From assembly GCA_040954595.2 (NCBI GenBank), contig CM082577.2, forward strand, positions 8,271,846-8,335,845: a DNA stretch of 64,000 bases, read 5' to 3'. Each line of letters begins with the position of its first letter. The first letter of the stretch is position 1. The notes under the pieces were generated by a model. It did not search any database and had not been told where the DNA came from. It saw only the letters and a list, made by a program, of their open reading frames with translations. A program made the translations under genes and the position numbers. Positions 1-14,561 of this stretch are shown one piece after another. Source of the DNA: Balanoglossus misakiensis (lineage: Eukaryota > Animalia > Hemichordata).

Positions 1-3000
1 ATATATGTTTCAATTACCTAGATACTGTCGGATGGTGGTCCAGTCATTACATCCATGTATATCATAAAATTGTGAGGACTAACGCCTCGGGGATATCTTT
101 GTTTATGGCTGCCGTGTGACGTGTCGCAGAATTTCACCATGTCTGCGAGGCAGTCTGCATCGGCACTATGCCCGAACGTCGCCTGGGACCTATAAGACCG
201 ACATAGATGGTCCCCAAAGAAACTTGGAAGAACAGTTCGTACTACATTATATTATACATTATGCCATTTATGGCTCCGAGTTAAAACCACACACGTTTAA
301 AAAATCTATCAATAATAATTTGCGATAAAGACAGTACAAGAATATTTATTTTGATGTTCGATGGTGTTGATGAAATATGGCGTTACCAGAAAAACACGCA
401 GACGTATTGCCGACAACTAACCTTCCTTTAATAGTTCAGTTTACCAGAAGGCCAGAAGAGTATCGCCTGGAATACAGCTGGCTCTATCCTGCGATTAAAT
501 ATTTTCTTTGTTTAAACGCAAACATCGTCACAGAAAGCATTCAACAGATCCTGGGTTAATTCTGGCAACACTCAACCCGTCAGTTAATAGCAGTTTTGTC
601 ACAGACTCAATGGCAGTTGACGCAAGGCCATCAACGCCCAAACACATAATCTAGGCAAATATGTATACATCATTCATCAACTGGGCTTAACTAGTCAATG
701 TACACTCTCAGTTGCACGTGTATCAACATACCTCGTGGTTTTATGCCATGATCTTAAATGCGTCAATGTCAGTTAAGTGATAAACCCAGCCAATTTTCGT
801 CGCCCGATCATACGACAGCATGGTGGATAAACATTGCGCCGGGCGGACTTCTTTTGTGTAGACTATTTTTCGGATCAGACGTGATAGAAAACTGAGATGA
901 AGTGGTACTTTGTGGTGAAAACCATATGATATACAAATAGTGTACCTACAAATAGTATACCTTCTATTGCTGCCTTAAAATTATATAAATTCTGTGATAC
1001 TGTAGGAGTATTTAGACCCCAATTATTTGTCTTGATTATTTATAGGTCAAGGGTCAAAGTCTACACATTTTGAATCATGGTTGGTCATCCTCGCTAATTG
1101 CTTTTCAATTGCTATATTGTGCCACGTCTCTACTACATGGCATAAATCTTTTCTCAAGACTTTTGTAAGAGTGTGACACGTGGAGAGTCTTCGTGATTCT
1201 GGAACGAGGTGGCCGACAATATTCGTCTGCTTTGAAAGGCATCATGACAAGCCAATAACTGATACAATCACGTTTTGTTTTAAATTATTCTCGCTAAAAA
1301 TCTCACTTTTTCACTGTTTTGTCATGACATAGAAGAAAGAACAACGTCTCCTTTATTCATAAGATACGCACATTTCATACACATTGTTGCAAGCATTCTT
1401 GACTGGTGGTTGCTAATCCAAATCCGATACAAGCGGCGAAAGTGGAACAGTTTAATCGCGTTGAAGCAATTTTGTCAACATCATAAAATAAAATCACGTC
1501 TTTTCATATTCGATATGACATTACCAAACTGACAGTAAAATCGGATTACGTTGCTAATAAAATTATTTACCAAATAATTCAATTTTGTCATTTTCTATTT
1601 CATAAATTCTAACTGGTAAGATAAGACTTTCCCTGCGATAAAGCTATAATAAATGACACCTTTGTTTGACGTCAATCTTACACACGGTGTAAGATCATTA
1701 TTAATCGGCCTTCAAGAGGCACAGATCCCTTGACAATCCGATGAAATGCTTTATCAAGTCGTCTCGCTCGGACGAACATCATAATATCTCGGTCGAACGA
1801 ACCACTCTCAGCGAATAACCTTGTTACCATAAAATGAGATTAACATACATGTACCTGTATAGACAACGTGGTCAGACAGCGAAGTTGTGTTTTCATTTCG
1901 CTTTGGTAACAGAGAGGCACCTCTCGGATTTGATTTTAAAATCGTTAAAATTATTTGATGGTGAAAGGCTACGGCCATAACCATTGCTTCGTCTCTATAC
2001 GTTTCGGATCTGTTCAAAAACTGAGCCCAGCCATTCCAGATCGCAATAGTTGAATACGTTTATGTATGAACGTAATTTGTTTAAATTGCTCGCCAGAAAA
2101 TAACACAACATGAATAATAATACCAATTAAAAGAGCTGTGGGGAAATTTGATAAGTTTAATGAACCCTGCAGGTAATTTAATTGGTGATGGTGTTGTTGC
2201 TTACAGGCCTTCAAAAACGCGGAAGTTGTAGTAATTATCAGAAGATTGGGGAACGTGATCGGGTTTGAGCGATGTTCGTCTGTCAACAGAAATGAATTAA
2301 AAACGTAAACAAGGAAAAGCGACAAAGCTTAAAGTAGCTCCTGTACCATAACTAAGACAATGCATCATAATTGATTCAACTGTTCGGAACGTGATTGCAT
2401 TTTTAACTAAACACGACCATAGGACAATCATCTTATTTACTGTCAACAATCGCACAAAAAAAGTAATTACACCAATTCAAAATATATTGCAAAATCTGAC
2501 AGAAGTCGCATTTGCTGGCACTTCGGAATGAAATCACTGTTTGGAATCATTATTGGGGGAATCATAGAATCATTCATGTTTTGTAGACACGGTGAGAAAG
2601 TATAGCAAGCAGGTGCATGGATTCGGAGTTTAACTGAACACAACAGGTATACGTAAAAAGAGTTATGGAGGTATACTGCACAGTTCACATAAAAAATTTA
2701 ACTGGATATGAAGTAACAAGTATTATTTTCAAGAGGAATGGAATATTTCAAGGAACTAGACACCTGCTTTCGGATTTTATAGCGTTCTTCTGATGGTTGC
2801 TAGGAATCTGGTGAATGAATCTTTAACGATTCCCTTTTTTCTGAGGGTTATATAAGTTGTCGATTATACTCCAGAAAAGAATGTTTAACCTTCATCAAAT
2901 ACGACCACACGTGCCTGTTTGTTCGGAAAAAACTATTACATGGGAATAATTAGTCAGCTCGTCAAAATGAAATAAAAAACGACAAAAGAAATAAAGTCAG

Positions 3001-3744
3001 GACTGACTAACTGATACCAGCTCCAGTGTTCGCGCATGGGGTGTGACGAAAATTACGGCACGAAAATTCCATGAAACTTGTTTAATATAACAATTGTACA
3101 CAGATATACGAGTAGACATTAACAGTGTCTCGTCAATTTCGTCGATTTCTAATGTGCAATTTAAGGCTACTTATATGTGCATTACTGCACGAAACTTGAT
3201 CAAAATCTGCTGTATATAATATTAAACATTGTTTAGTGTCCCGGATGACGTGGCTTGCTGTGGATACAGCGGCAACCTCACAACACTATGACTGCATCTA
3301 TATATTTGTAATAGAATATATAAATCACTGTGCAGGTTTTAACGGCATTGGCCGTACTCGTATTTCACTTACAGGTGAACTAGTTATCGACTGCAGAGGT
3401 TTAGATGTTGTAAAAGTTTTATAAGACCCCAGATATAGGCCAACGTTAACTCTGACCGCCAGATGTTACCAGCTTGATACTTTCTCATCATGCCCAAGCC
3501 AAATTTCTTAAGTAAGTTTTCAACTTTGGTGTCCCATTTACTTTTTCTGTGAAGGATTTGCTTTTTAGACGAAGGCGCCGGATAATGAAATAACAAAGCC
3601 CGTCAAAAGTTGGGGTGGAATTTGTCGAACAGCTGTTTGAATTCTATGATTTGAGGGAACAACGTGCGAACAAAGTTTACCAGCGTTACCACCCAAAATG
3701 TAAAACGCTGAATTCGTTTGTAAAGACCTAAAGATGAAACCTAC

Positions 3745-3928
3745 CTGGCCTACAGGCGTCGGGCAAGTGTGCGTTGGATTCGAACCACTGCTCCAGTGAC
3801 TGGCGCGGTGATGCGGTGGCCATTGGAGACATCCCCGGTGATAACTGGGAGACAGTCGCATGGGCGTTGAGGACAACTGATCCTGCGATTGCACACTGCA
3901 GAAGAACGAGTCCCGTGTTTTTCTTCAT
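3745..3928 (-). CDS. First coding exon of a probable adhesion-GPCR paralogue (remainder not resolved; likely continues off the left edge)
   Basis: ATG at 3928 opens a signal-peptide-like MKKNTGLVLLQCAIAGSVVLNAHA. The exon ends SLEQWFESNAHLPDACRP-G|GTAGGT with a phase-1 donor, matching the motif and phase of exon 1 of the neighbouring GPCR (LLEDWRRSNEGLPLICRK-G|GT). Confidence 0.65.
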
Positions 3929-5857
3929 CCTGAACAATCTGCCGTGTTGTCCTTGAAAGCGCGAGTTGTTGGCGTGAAATGTACCGTGATATAAACGATG
4001 AAGAATACGGAGAATTAAATTTGCATAAGTCAAGACGGGGCTTGCGAATATTCCTTACGAGAACAGGAGTTACTACAACTTGTGCGCGTACACGTACGAG
4101 CAAATTGCCGCTTCATCGGATTCGAAACATCGCCGCGTGCAGTGAGATTTATGGCGCAAAATTCACCGAGTGAAAACACCTGTTGAAAATCACATTACGC
4201 AAAACCAATAACACGTAACCATGAGTTGAATGCGCGAGCTGGAGTGGAAACTAAAACGCGCAGCCACACCAAGTCTGATTTGCTTGGCGACTGAATACTA
4301 GTATCACAATCCACCCCTGCGGAGGGCTTCTCTGCTCGTACGAGTCTGTACGACAAGCATATATAGAGTGAGTTCATCAGTTACTGTCAGGCCTGTTTTA
4401 TCGTTTCATACGCGTGCATCGTGACGTCTTTGTTTTGGACGGACGAACAGACAAGTTTTGTATGGAGTGATAGAGGGTGGTGCGGGGTTGGTCAATATTT
4501 TCCAATGACGCCAACAGCGACAAGGTGGACGTTTTTATTCAATTTCTGGTCCGGTCAAAAACCAGAACAGGCACACTGTAATATACGAATGTTCTATGAA
4601 ATTCTTTGGGAAGTATACTGACATACTACGTTTATAGTTCAGTTATGTGATCAGAGAGAACGCCCCCATCTTTTGAATGAAATGATCTACATTTGCAAAT
4701 TAGACGGGTTGGTCGGGGAACAAGTGTTGGGAGATAGACAGACCTCCTACGTCTGCGCGGCGGGTGGGCAGACAGGTGACCGGAAGATATTTGTCGACTC
4801 TCTTGCAAATGAGTACAACGTCCTCGGGAGCAGACTTTCACCGAAAGTTCGTTTTTTTAGTTCAAACACGGGGAGGGCGACCGTAGTTCAAATGATGTTT
4901 GTCGAACGGACGAGTATCATGGGGATGAGGCGTCTCTCGGGCTGATAAACTGACCTGCAGTCGCCATCATTTCCTTCAGTTCTAATGCGAATCTGTCGGT
5001 TCAGTTTACGTCATTCTCCGCGGGACGGTTGTTTTGCTTCTTTGTTGAGTGTCATCAAACAAAACGAGGATTCGGGTATTGCAGTACTGGCCTCGGTGCA
5101 CCTACAATAATTTCCGCGCGCTTTCGCTCTTTTTCGCAACCTATAACTTTAAGTGTATTGTGGGGAGGTCGTTTGCAACATGAGCGTCAGATTGTCACAG
5201 AATTATCGAGTCTATGGAGAGAAATGGGATGATACAGAAAAATGAAGACAGAGAAGAAATAATAATAAAGAATGCGACAAAGATATATTTCGAAAGAGGA
5301 AGAAAACAATAACAACTTTTTTATCGTGTACAATTCTGTCCTATCACTTTATGCCAGTCTTAGCACGGTTAATTTTCGCGAATTGAATTACCGGTCACTG
5401 TGTTTTCAATTTGCAACTGACAGGTGCCAGTATTATCGGAAGTGTAAAATTGGTCTTCTTTCAATCGATCTCATTTTCTGTCATTAAATTACATACAATT
5501 TAAATGTGAAAACCCAATTTACTCTCCTACTTCCTGCCTACCGGATAAACGATCCATTATTTTCCGCTCGGCCCTTCGAAAGTACCTTAATTTCTCAGTC
5601 GAATTCACATCTGCTCACACAGTCATAAACCCGGCGTTGGTGTGTGGCACGTGACCTCAATCAAACCCAGGCCTGAAACAAACCCATCGACAGGAAAGGT
5701 GCGGAAGAATCAACGACTTTACAGTGTAAAAGCGATCAACGCAATCTAGAAGTAGGCTTCAACTATGAGCTATTATGCAAGTTAAATAGAACAGGTGTGA
5801 TGTAATCAACTTGTGCTGAAGACTGTCTAGACGTGGTGAGACAGCAAACGAAGGAAT

Positions 5858-8800
5858 CTAAAAGTGGGTTGTATTTAAAGCGGAGGGATATTCGTGTCTA
5901 TGGTCAGTCCCCACTGTGATGTCTTCATGTCGCGTCGCATCACCGCTACCACTTCGTGAAAACGAACTCCACACGTGACTTCTGACGTCAGGCTGTCTTG
6001 CGCAGTGGAAAATGAAGATGTAGAAACCTTGAAAGGCGATGCACGTCACGAACAGACACTGTTTAAAAAATAAAGAAAACGTTACATTTGTCAAAATAAA
6101 CTCTAATGTGAGGTTAAGATGCATATTGGTATAATCGTGGAAAAATGATAGTTGGCAACGTACACGCATTGACGATTTTATTTTCAGACTGCACCCAAAA
6201 CTAAAGTCATTAATGACTTTATGTATCATCACAGAGCGTTGGTCTTAATAGGGGCCTGTAGGCCTAAGCGGCCATGGTTGAGATTGTCAATTTACATGTA
6301 CAGTAGCTTCCGTACTGTTGCGCTCATCTCTATTCTCATTCCAATGCGACTTCATGGCAAAGAGTTGGTGGTATCTTTAGACAAAGGAACATATATTAAG
6401 CGGGATATCGAGTACAACCTGGAATATCACTTGGACGTTCTGCATCTTCTGACCAATAGTTTTGTAGTTGATACAAGCAAAGCCACTGAAGATCCACGCC
6501 AAGCCTAACAACACCAACAAAGTGACTGCGCCGCGGAGTTGATCTCCTGTTCGGGAGCGTCCATCGGCTACAAATAATCAACAGTTGTCATTCGGGATGG
6601 GGGATATCGTAGTGTGTGATAAACTTTGCAATGCGGGGGAGGGGGCATATGCTCCCCTCCATGATATGACTGGACATGTATAATTCAGTTATCATTTCTA
6701 AAATACGATATTTCCGCCTGATGAAATATCACACGCACGCATGCACACACACAAACTGCTCATGTGGCACATCATTTGTCGCAAACTCACAAACTTTGAG
6801 TAGACCCCCCTCTTTCCTTCATGATGACTCAACTCATCATACATATACGTGGAGAAGACGTGCTTACCAGTTTTCCACTTATTGCGCAGACTCCAGAGCA
6901 CCATGGCGAACACAGCGCTGTTGAAGAGTATGATGACAGACATCGGCAATAACAGGATGAAGTGCAGTGTCTGACTTGGAAGTTGACAACTGGAACGGAA
7001 AGGCAGAGAATTGGTAGGATTTTGAGAGGAATCGACACACAAGTATCGATATCACTGGATGACTCATGCTAAGAGGTATAATGTGGTAGTAGTACATGTA
7101 TTACTATATGCAATGGATGTTATAGCTATTTTGATTACGTGTAGGCAAGAAAATGCACATTGATACGCGCTGTGTGCATGGATATTGTTTTCTTGATACC
7201 ATAAAATAACTTTCTGCATCGAAATATGCCGATTGTTGCTACTAACGTGAAAATACAGTCACAATCAACGTCATAGAATCCGTCGTAATACGTCATCTTA
7301 TGGCTGAACGGTAAAGCTACAACGAGTATGGGAAGACCTGTGGACGCAAAAAGAGGGGGAAACAGGACGTAGGTTGGTGATCGGTTCTGCAGAAGTGTTT
7401 TGGAGCATATGACCAAGAAACTTTAGTTGTTATACGACGAAAGTTAAAAGGTATAGCTACTAGTAATGGGGCTTCAACCATTGCGTTGTTGCAAATGTGT
7501 TTGTTTTTTGCAGGTTCGAGGAAACGTGGATGAAATTACAAACTTGAAGTGATTTCGATACTTATTCTAGGAGAATAGCACTCACCCCACGCCACTATTC
7601 CACACTTGAGTACAAAATGAGGCGTGTAGTCCACAAACACTCGAACCAGTGACAGGTACATGTTCAATCCTTCAACCCCGTTCCACATCAACGACACGAG
7701 TATGAGGTAAACTCGGAGAACGTTGGCAACGCGGCAGCCATCTTGGTTTTTCACGACAGGGATAAAAGCGAGAAAGGACACCATTTGAAAACACAACGCG
7801 ACGCAGAGATTCAGTAGAATGCGCGAAGTACGTCCTTTACGAAGTTTCCTACAAAATCAAGAAAATAACTAAACTTAATACTGCAAAGCAAAATATTGTC
7901 GACGAAATTACGACTAAAACGGGTGATACCACAAATGGCAACTATTCTTGTCTAAACAAATCTGTTTGCGTGCTAAACCGTAATCGAACACTAGAAACGT
8001 CAGACTTATTAGGCACGTATGAAAAATCTCACATGACGAATAGTAGGCCCATATTCTTAATAAATGACTCCACATCTTACGTATTATATTTTCCATATTA
8101 TGTTTGCAGAGTGTGAGAGTTAAAGAGATGATACCTTACCCAAAATACGTGTATGTGGCGATAGTTACCAACAGACAGACCAAAGATATGCTGAACCCTA
8201 TAGAACTATAAATGGACAGTGCCTCTATATGTTCAAATCCCTGTTGAATAATATACAAAGTAAAATTATTTGAATATATTAAAGTTAACTCGCTTGAGAC
8301 TTGATGTATTCCGGAAAAACAACTTTCCGCCTGATTCCCATGAATGATCAAGTACTTGAAATGATCCCTGGCATACAGTGACGTCATGGGATTGAACACG
8401 CGCTGACAGGTGGATACAGCCAATAGCATGATAGCATCAGTATTCAAAGTGACGTAATGTTGTGAAAAGTTATGTTAGGTGTTAAGAAAGACAGACTTGT
8501 CAATTCTACATCATCCGCACAAGTCATAATCGACTTCAACATTTGCATGCGTAGTGCAATGCAGCATCAAATACATTCAGTGCTGTTGAACAAGACAATC
8601 TTTCGGCACATAAGCCTACTGAGTTAGCCAACCCAAATGTATGCTTACTAAACGTGACCAGATGGTATAAAGGAAGATTTACGTACCAAAAATTCAAAAC
8701 CTCCAGCACCTTCCGGAACTCCAAACTGGAATAAAACACAAACAGTAGAATATAAAAATTGATATTTTCCATGGCCCGACGACGGCAAAATCGTTTTTGT

Positions 8801-11800
8801 TAGCCCTTATTGGTTGATCTAACTCACAGCATTTGGCTCACGATATGTAGAGATGTGTTAGAGAGTATACCCCCAAATAACGCACTTCCCAATGTTCTGA
8901 CGTCCACATGTTTTCTGAACCTAAACTCTCAGACACATGTAAATGTAATTAATGGCTTACGTCAATTTCCTGCTCTTGGTCTTCTGAGGAAAGATAAAAG
9001 TTGCCGAGTGCACTACACTCGCATACAGTCAGAGATTCCGTCACACTCGTGGTGTTGCACGCACCGCGGTTGAAGCCTGTTCGAGATAAATGCAGTGAAA
9101 ATCAATAAACAAGAGAAAGGGTTCGCGAAAGACACGCGCTCTCATTGTCAGACCGCAGTCACATGTCAGACAGGTGTGGGCTGATTTGTGAGGCACAGGT
9201 GCGGCAAGTGCAACGTTGAACCCAGTCACTTACATGGAATGGAAAATGTTGACGGGAAAAAGAAATCAAATGAATGGGGCTCCATGATATTAAAATTTTG
9301 TTACGAAAAATTACCCTTTCCTGTCCTGTTCCAAACAGCTGAATTCAAACCACACGTTGCATTCTTCCACTGTACCTATGGGACGCAGTGATCGACAATA
9401 TTAAACTTGTGTACAACTACAAAAATAGTGCCCAGCATAGATATTAATTTTAATACTCGCAATTTTCAAATTGTACAATATACTGGTACAAACAAATGAG
9501 AATTGGGTTCGATATACTGGGTTTCATACTTTCTGGTGTATCAGAATTTCAACCCCGTCTAGCGTTGAAGCCCAAAACTATAGACCGAAACTCGAATACT
9601 AAAAGACGTCCACAGGTATCCTTTACTTACGGATGCATCTGGTGTTCTTGCGAACTGAACTTGGATGGAATCTGTGATTTCAGAGACGGTGTGACCGTGA
9701 ACTTGAACCAGTGACGATCCCACAATGCTGCACACCTCGGTGTTGGGTTGGAAGTGTTGCGCAACAAACAGATTGTTGTGGAAATGGAGGATGAAGACGA
9801 GTCTGTCGCTGGCCGGGGACATTGCGGGTGCTTTTTGATCTGTAGGACGAAATGAACATTTTGGATTAGAGGTGATGAAAGTTTGGAATATTGTCCCCAA
9901 GATACATCGGCTTTCTTTAAATAGCAGATTAAGGGTGTATAGGATGCGAGGCATTGTGTAAGTCAGCTACTTATTATGTTTCAGTGGACAACGCTCATTT
10001 CAAAACGAATTTTCAAGCTGCTTCTCTTGGGACAATCAGTTTCAAATTAGGCATTTTACGAGGTTAATGCACGTTATAGGTGATGTAGGGTTTGTCCATT
10101 ATGCTCTAAAGTAGATTGCATTTCCATGGCTGGATGTGTTTCTAAGGAAACCGCTAGGGCGATATGACGTGTCACCGAGCGTATAGATATTTAGATATTT
10201 CAAGCGGCCGTGTACATCTTTAACACTTTCCAGTCCGTCGTTCTCTTTTGATGTTTTTATCCAGCAAACAAAATTCCTGTCAGATAAACCAGGTGATCAA
10301 CAGATGTTACTGTACCAACCTTCAAGCAAAGAGACGATCGCACCCATTGGTATGAATATAGAAAAGGACACAAAATCGCCGTGTGAATGATGCTGGCTGT
10401 AAGACCAATTAAACGTCGCGCCGAGATTCTCTCGGTTGTGCATGTTGCCACCGATAGAAAAGAAACCAGATCCGTCGTCGGTTGGTTCTTTGGACCCGCT
10501 GCTCGAATCGTTCTTGTCGTGTCTTACTTCACCGCTTTCCAAGCTCAGTATATGAACTTCCATATTCGGTGCTGAAAGTTGTAATTGCTGTTGCCCTACC
10601 ATCAACGGCAGCTTCATCATGTAGTTTTCAACAGTTTGTGTTATTCTGCAATGAATGTTATAACTATCACCAATCATCTTACAATGTAAAGGCAAAACCC
10701 ACAAGGATAACAAAGACGATAACGACGATAACAATATATTCTGAACATCCATAAAATCTGCGACAAAATGAACTATCGCTGAAAAATTGTTGTTTATATT
10801 ATTTAAAGCCTTTCTATGAAATGGTTTAGTCGGAATGTACCTGGCGCACGCGTCGTTTGTTGTGTTTCTCAAAATCTCGGCATCAACTTCTGAGAGATGA
10901 CTGACAGTTTGTACGATCATTCCTCCAATGTGCTGAGCGTCGGTCACTGAAAATGTCTTCGATTCTAGTTCTACCATGTCAAGAATGTCGGCCGCAACAT
11001 CCGCGTCGAATTCTGACAATAACCTTGGTTTCTCCAGCAACCGTGTCAGTTGTCCCATAACCAACGGCCAGTCAACGATGCTACCGTCAAGGCGTGCCTG
11101 GTACTTTAGAATGAAAATAAAAAACATCGACTTGAATTGGGCGGCCTGAAACGTATTGCAGACCCTGTTAGTGTTACGATTTGTCGGACATTTTACTTGT
11201 CGATAGGAGATTCAAATGACATTCAAACCACCATTTTCCCAAAAAGCAGCCGGGAACATGCCCAATGGTGGTGTGTTTTATCAGATTTCATGGTCACTAC
11301 AGGTGTTTATCTGGTCGATTTGACGAACAAATTGTGTCGATGAAATCATGCTGTCTGCCCATCAATTATCTCATTATGTTGGAGTTTATAGTGAATTTTG
11401 CGTGGATACATACCAATCTTGATTTCAATTCGAGAAGTTTGAGCGAAATAATAGACTTGCAGGCGTCTGTCATTGGCCGATCCCAAGCAGCATAAAATTC
11501 ACGTGATAGGGTGTCATAACGATAGTTACAGTATCTCGTGGCAACGCCAGCTGATTGGTTGCCCCTGTCCGGGCACGTGATCGTGACGTTCTCGCCGACT
11601 TCTGCTTGTGGCCAATCAAATACACCCTGGCGATGGCGGAGGCGTTCCCGTGGACAAACGTCTGGATAAAATCGTGGAGTAGAGAGAATCGTGAAAAGAA
11701 GGCAAAGAACCTCGCAGAGAAATCGTGTAGCATATATGCATGCCAATAAGACACTGGCAGTTTGTACAGAACGGGGATGGCAATGGTCGTAATTGATATT

Positions 11801-12113
11801 TTAATTAACGGAAGCTATCTGACACAAATTAGCAATCCCTTACTATACACAGATGCATCGTAACGTTGTGTAATGGTGCCTGGAGAGCTATCCCAAATGA
11901 AATACCTTTTCTACAGATTAGTGGAAGGCCTTCGTTTGATCTCCGCCAGTCTTCCAAAAGCGTGTTCTGAATAACTTTTCCATTTTCTGTCTGATCATAT
12001 TGTAAAGCAAACTCTCCCAGCTCAGCCACGCCACCGGGATCGACGGTTGTCATGGAGATGCACATGACAGCTCCGAAACTCAGAAGTAACAATGTCGCTT
12101 GTGGTGGATTCAT
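5858..12113 (-). CDS. Adhesion G-protein-coupled receptor (signal peptide, HRM domain, GAIN/GPS, secretin-type 7TM), 13 exons
   Basis: Phase-consistent GT-AG exons: 12113-11906, 11661-11414 (HRM: CPRE..GVFDWPQAEVGENVTITCP..ATRYC..WDRPMTDAC), 11103-10841, 10645-10320, 9839-9631, 9375-9315, 9076-8961 (GPS: ACNTTSVTESLTVCECSALGNF), 8240-8140 (TM1 SIGFSISLVCLLVTIATY), 7848-7586 (ILLNLC..GCRVAN..LMWNGVEGLNMY..VAWG), 7337-7247, 6989-6868, 6567-6419 (LLVLLGLAW), 6058-5858 (AFQGFYIFIFHC). Confidence 0.88.
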
Positions 12114-14561
12114 AGTTTACCATTAATATGGATCTTTTCACAGACTTTTAACCATGTTGTAATCGATGTGTGATGGTTACGACGGAATGACGAATTTAAT
12201 CCGATGGAGAAGAGCGGAACAGCTGAAGATATATGCATAAGAAACACAAATACTTGGGTAGTACTTTGAAATTTTCCACAACTGATCTCCTAAACACCAT
12301 ATCATGAATGTAATATACTAGTACTAACACCAAGCAGACACAGACATATGTATACGTGTACATGTATGTATAGTCTGGTAAAGGTTTGTATTGGTAGGAC
12401 ACAGGCATACGACACAGCGCAGAGGAATATGAAAAGAAAATGTCCCATCTTGCAGACCAACTATTCCAAGTAAATCAGTTCATTAATAATGAAATAGTCG
12501 AAATGGTGAAATATCTTACTTAAATTCAAAGAACTTTTATTAATGGATATCAGATTTCATAATTTACACCGTAGCATTTAGAGTCATAGATGGGCTTGTC
12601 TTCCCAGAAGCCATGAATGAAAATTGATAGACATGAACGGGTCGCACTGTCAGTCTTGTGAGGGAAATGCACTGTGACGGTATCATAATGTACTCTCTCA
12701 ATCTATTTTACCGTCCCATTATGAGGAGCTTTTAGCGTGAATCACACTGCTACGTGATGTCGTGTTATTTGATTTTAAATACTGACCCGCAGGAAATGAA
12801 ATTCATCGGAGACGTCGCTGTCATCGCAGGTCTAATTGAGAGCATGCGCAATGGATTAACGATGCCAGTGTCCGGTGGGGGAAAAGTAACGAGAATTTGA
12901 AATTTGCAACAGGTTTTACCCTGTCGGAGACCGATAATTGGCCTCTGAATTTATCAATCCTCTGATGCTATATTAAAGTGGGTGAGAAGTCTTTTTTGAA
13001 AACAAAGAAGAGAAAACACGGTGTTCGACACCTGTTGCCATAACCTTTCTCCACTTTAAATTTCAAATCTGGGATGGGATGTTTACTTACAACGAGACTT
13101 GAAAGCGAAACCGAGTAGGTCGCGGTTTGCGCGTTTCACACGTTAATCTCCACGCGATCAATCACAAACAGCCACTAAATTAATCCAAAAGTAAATGTAC
13201 TAAATATTCTCCCTGGTTGTACCAGTCTCCTAAATCTAACGATGGTTTATTTTTAGACGGCGGCAAGATAAATGGACCGGCCGTGGGAGAATCATAGATT
13301 GTCGGGGAAGTATACAATGGAGGGTAGGCGTGATGGGGATAAGAACTCGATGTTTTCAGTTTTTATGATGGAACTGGGCATTTGGAGTATACTAGGCTAT
13401 AGGTCATGTAAAGTATATGATGACCCTCCTCCATGTGACCCCCCCCCCTCCCTAATCCTCGTTAGGTTATATATCAGACCCTCCCTAGAGAATTAAAATA
13501 GGACCTGTGTATCATGACCAAGAATGGAACTATTCTATGAGAACACTACGAAAGTGCTGTTGCTGACGATATTCTTGTTCACGACGCATTTATAATTTTT
13601 TTGTTTTGTTTTGTTTTGTAACATGAATGATATCCAATGTTCCAGTTACACAACATAGATTATGTAATGCCTACTGAACTGTTTTCTTGTGGAATGTAGT
13701 TCAGCAATGGAAAAATGGAATGTGGTAGGGCTCGTCAGAATGGCAAAAGGGTTTACAACCACAGACAGTTCTCCGTGTATTCCCTGCATATTCACGCCCA
13801 GACACAGCTTGCTTTATCTGGGTTTGCATTTCACGCAAAAAATGCAACTGTTCCCATTTAAGGCATTATCAACGTTTTTCGCGCATCGGAGTACATTCGC
13901 TTTTGGAAACTGTGATTTAAGCTACAATGAGAAGTTTCATAGCATGCATGAACTCACCTCTTTGTTAAGAATTCTGTCTGTTGGCATCAAAATCGACGCT
14001 GGTATCTCATCGACCCGCACCGAGGGAAATTTCTGATTCGTTTTTTGTCCAAATGTCTAACTTGGACGACATTCACACTTCATGTGTGACCGATAGACGA
14101 AATGACGCAAATACGACATGTTAAAACTTGCTTCTGGCAGCCGTGCACCGAAGTTTAAAATAAAGCTTTTGTTGTATTCTGTTGTTTTTTGTTTTGCCTT
14201 TATATTTACCTAAATTCTTTGAACACTAAATGATCAAAGTGTTAACGTGTTGCTTTTCAACTCCGCCGTTTTTTACCATTAGGTAGATTTCTTTTTGATC
14301 TAACATACCATGGATCTGAATACTGGTCATTAGATTGATCACTTCGAGTAGATTTGAGCTTCCGCAACCAGCGCGCGTCGTAACCCCGTGATCTCATGAT
14401 GATAGAACACAATGGTTGCTCGGTAACATTCTTATCGCTGCGTCATAAATAAACGCGCCGCGCCAAGTTTACAGAAAGAGAACTCTTCTTAGAACACAAA
14501 TCCTCATTTCCTTGTTTTCTTCTGGGTGATACAACAGATAAACAAGCAAAAATTTCTCAAA

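Noticed and set aside
17-650. Possible further minus-strand exons of the left GPCR paralogue (e.g. DRASCIPGDTLLAF / FFGDHLCRSY...DCLADMVKFC), and a Cys-rich frame with several in-frame TGAs suggesting selenocysteine
   Set aside because: I could not assemble a phase-consistent, stop-free model or find the expected HRM motif. The TGA-rich frame ends in TAA and I saw no SECIS.
4380-5500. Cluster of short ORFs in GC-richer sequence between the two GPCR genes
   Set aside because: No recognisable motifs or splice-consistent model; more likely promoter or UTR sequence.
9613-9626. U12-type donor-like GTATCCTTT
   Set aside because: It is on the + strand, antisense to the GPCR, with no matching gene or U12 branch site.
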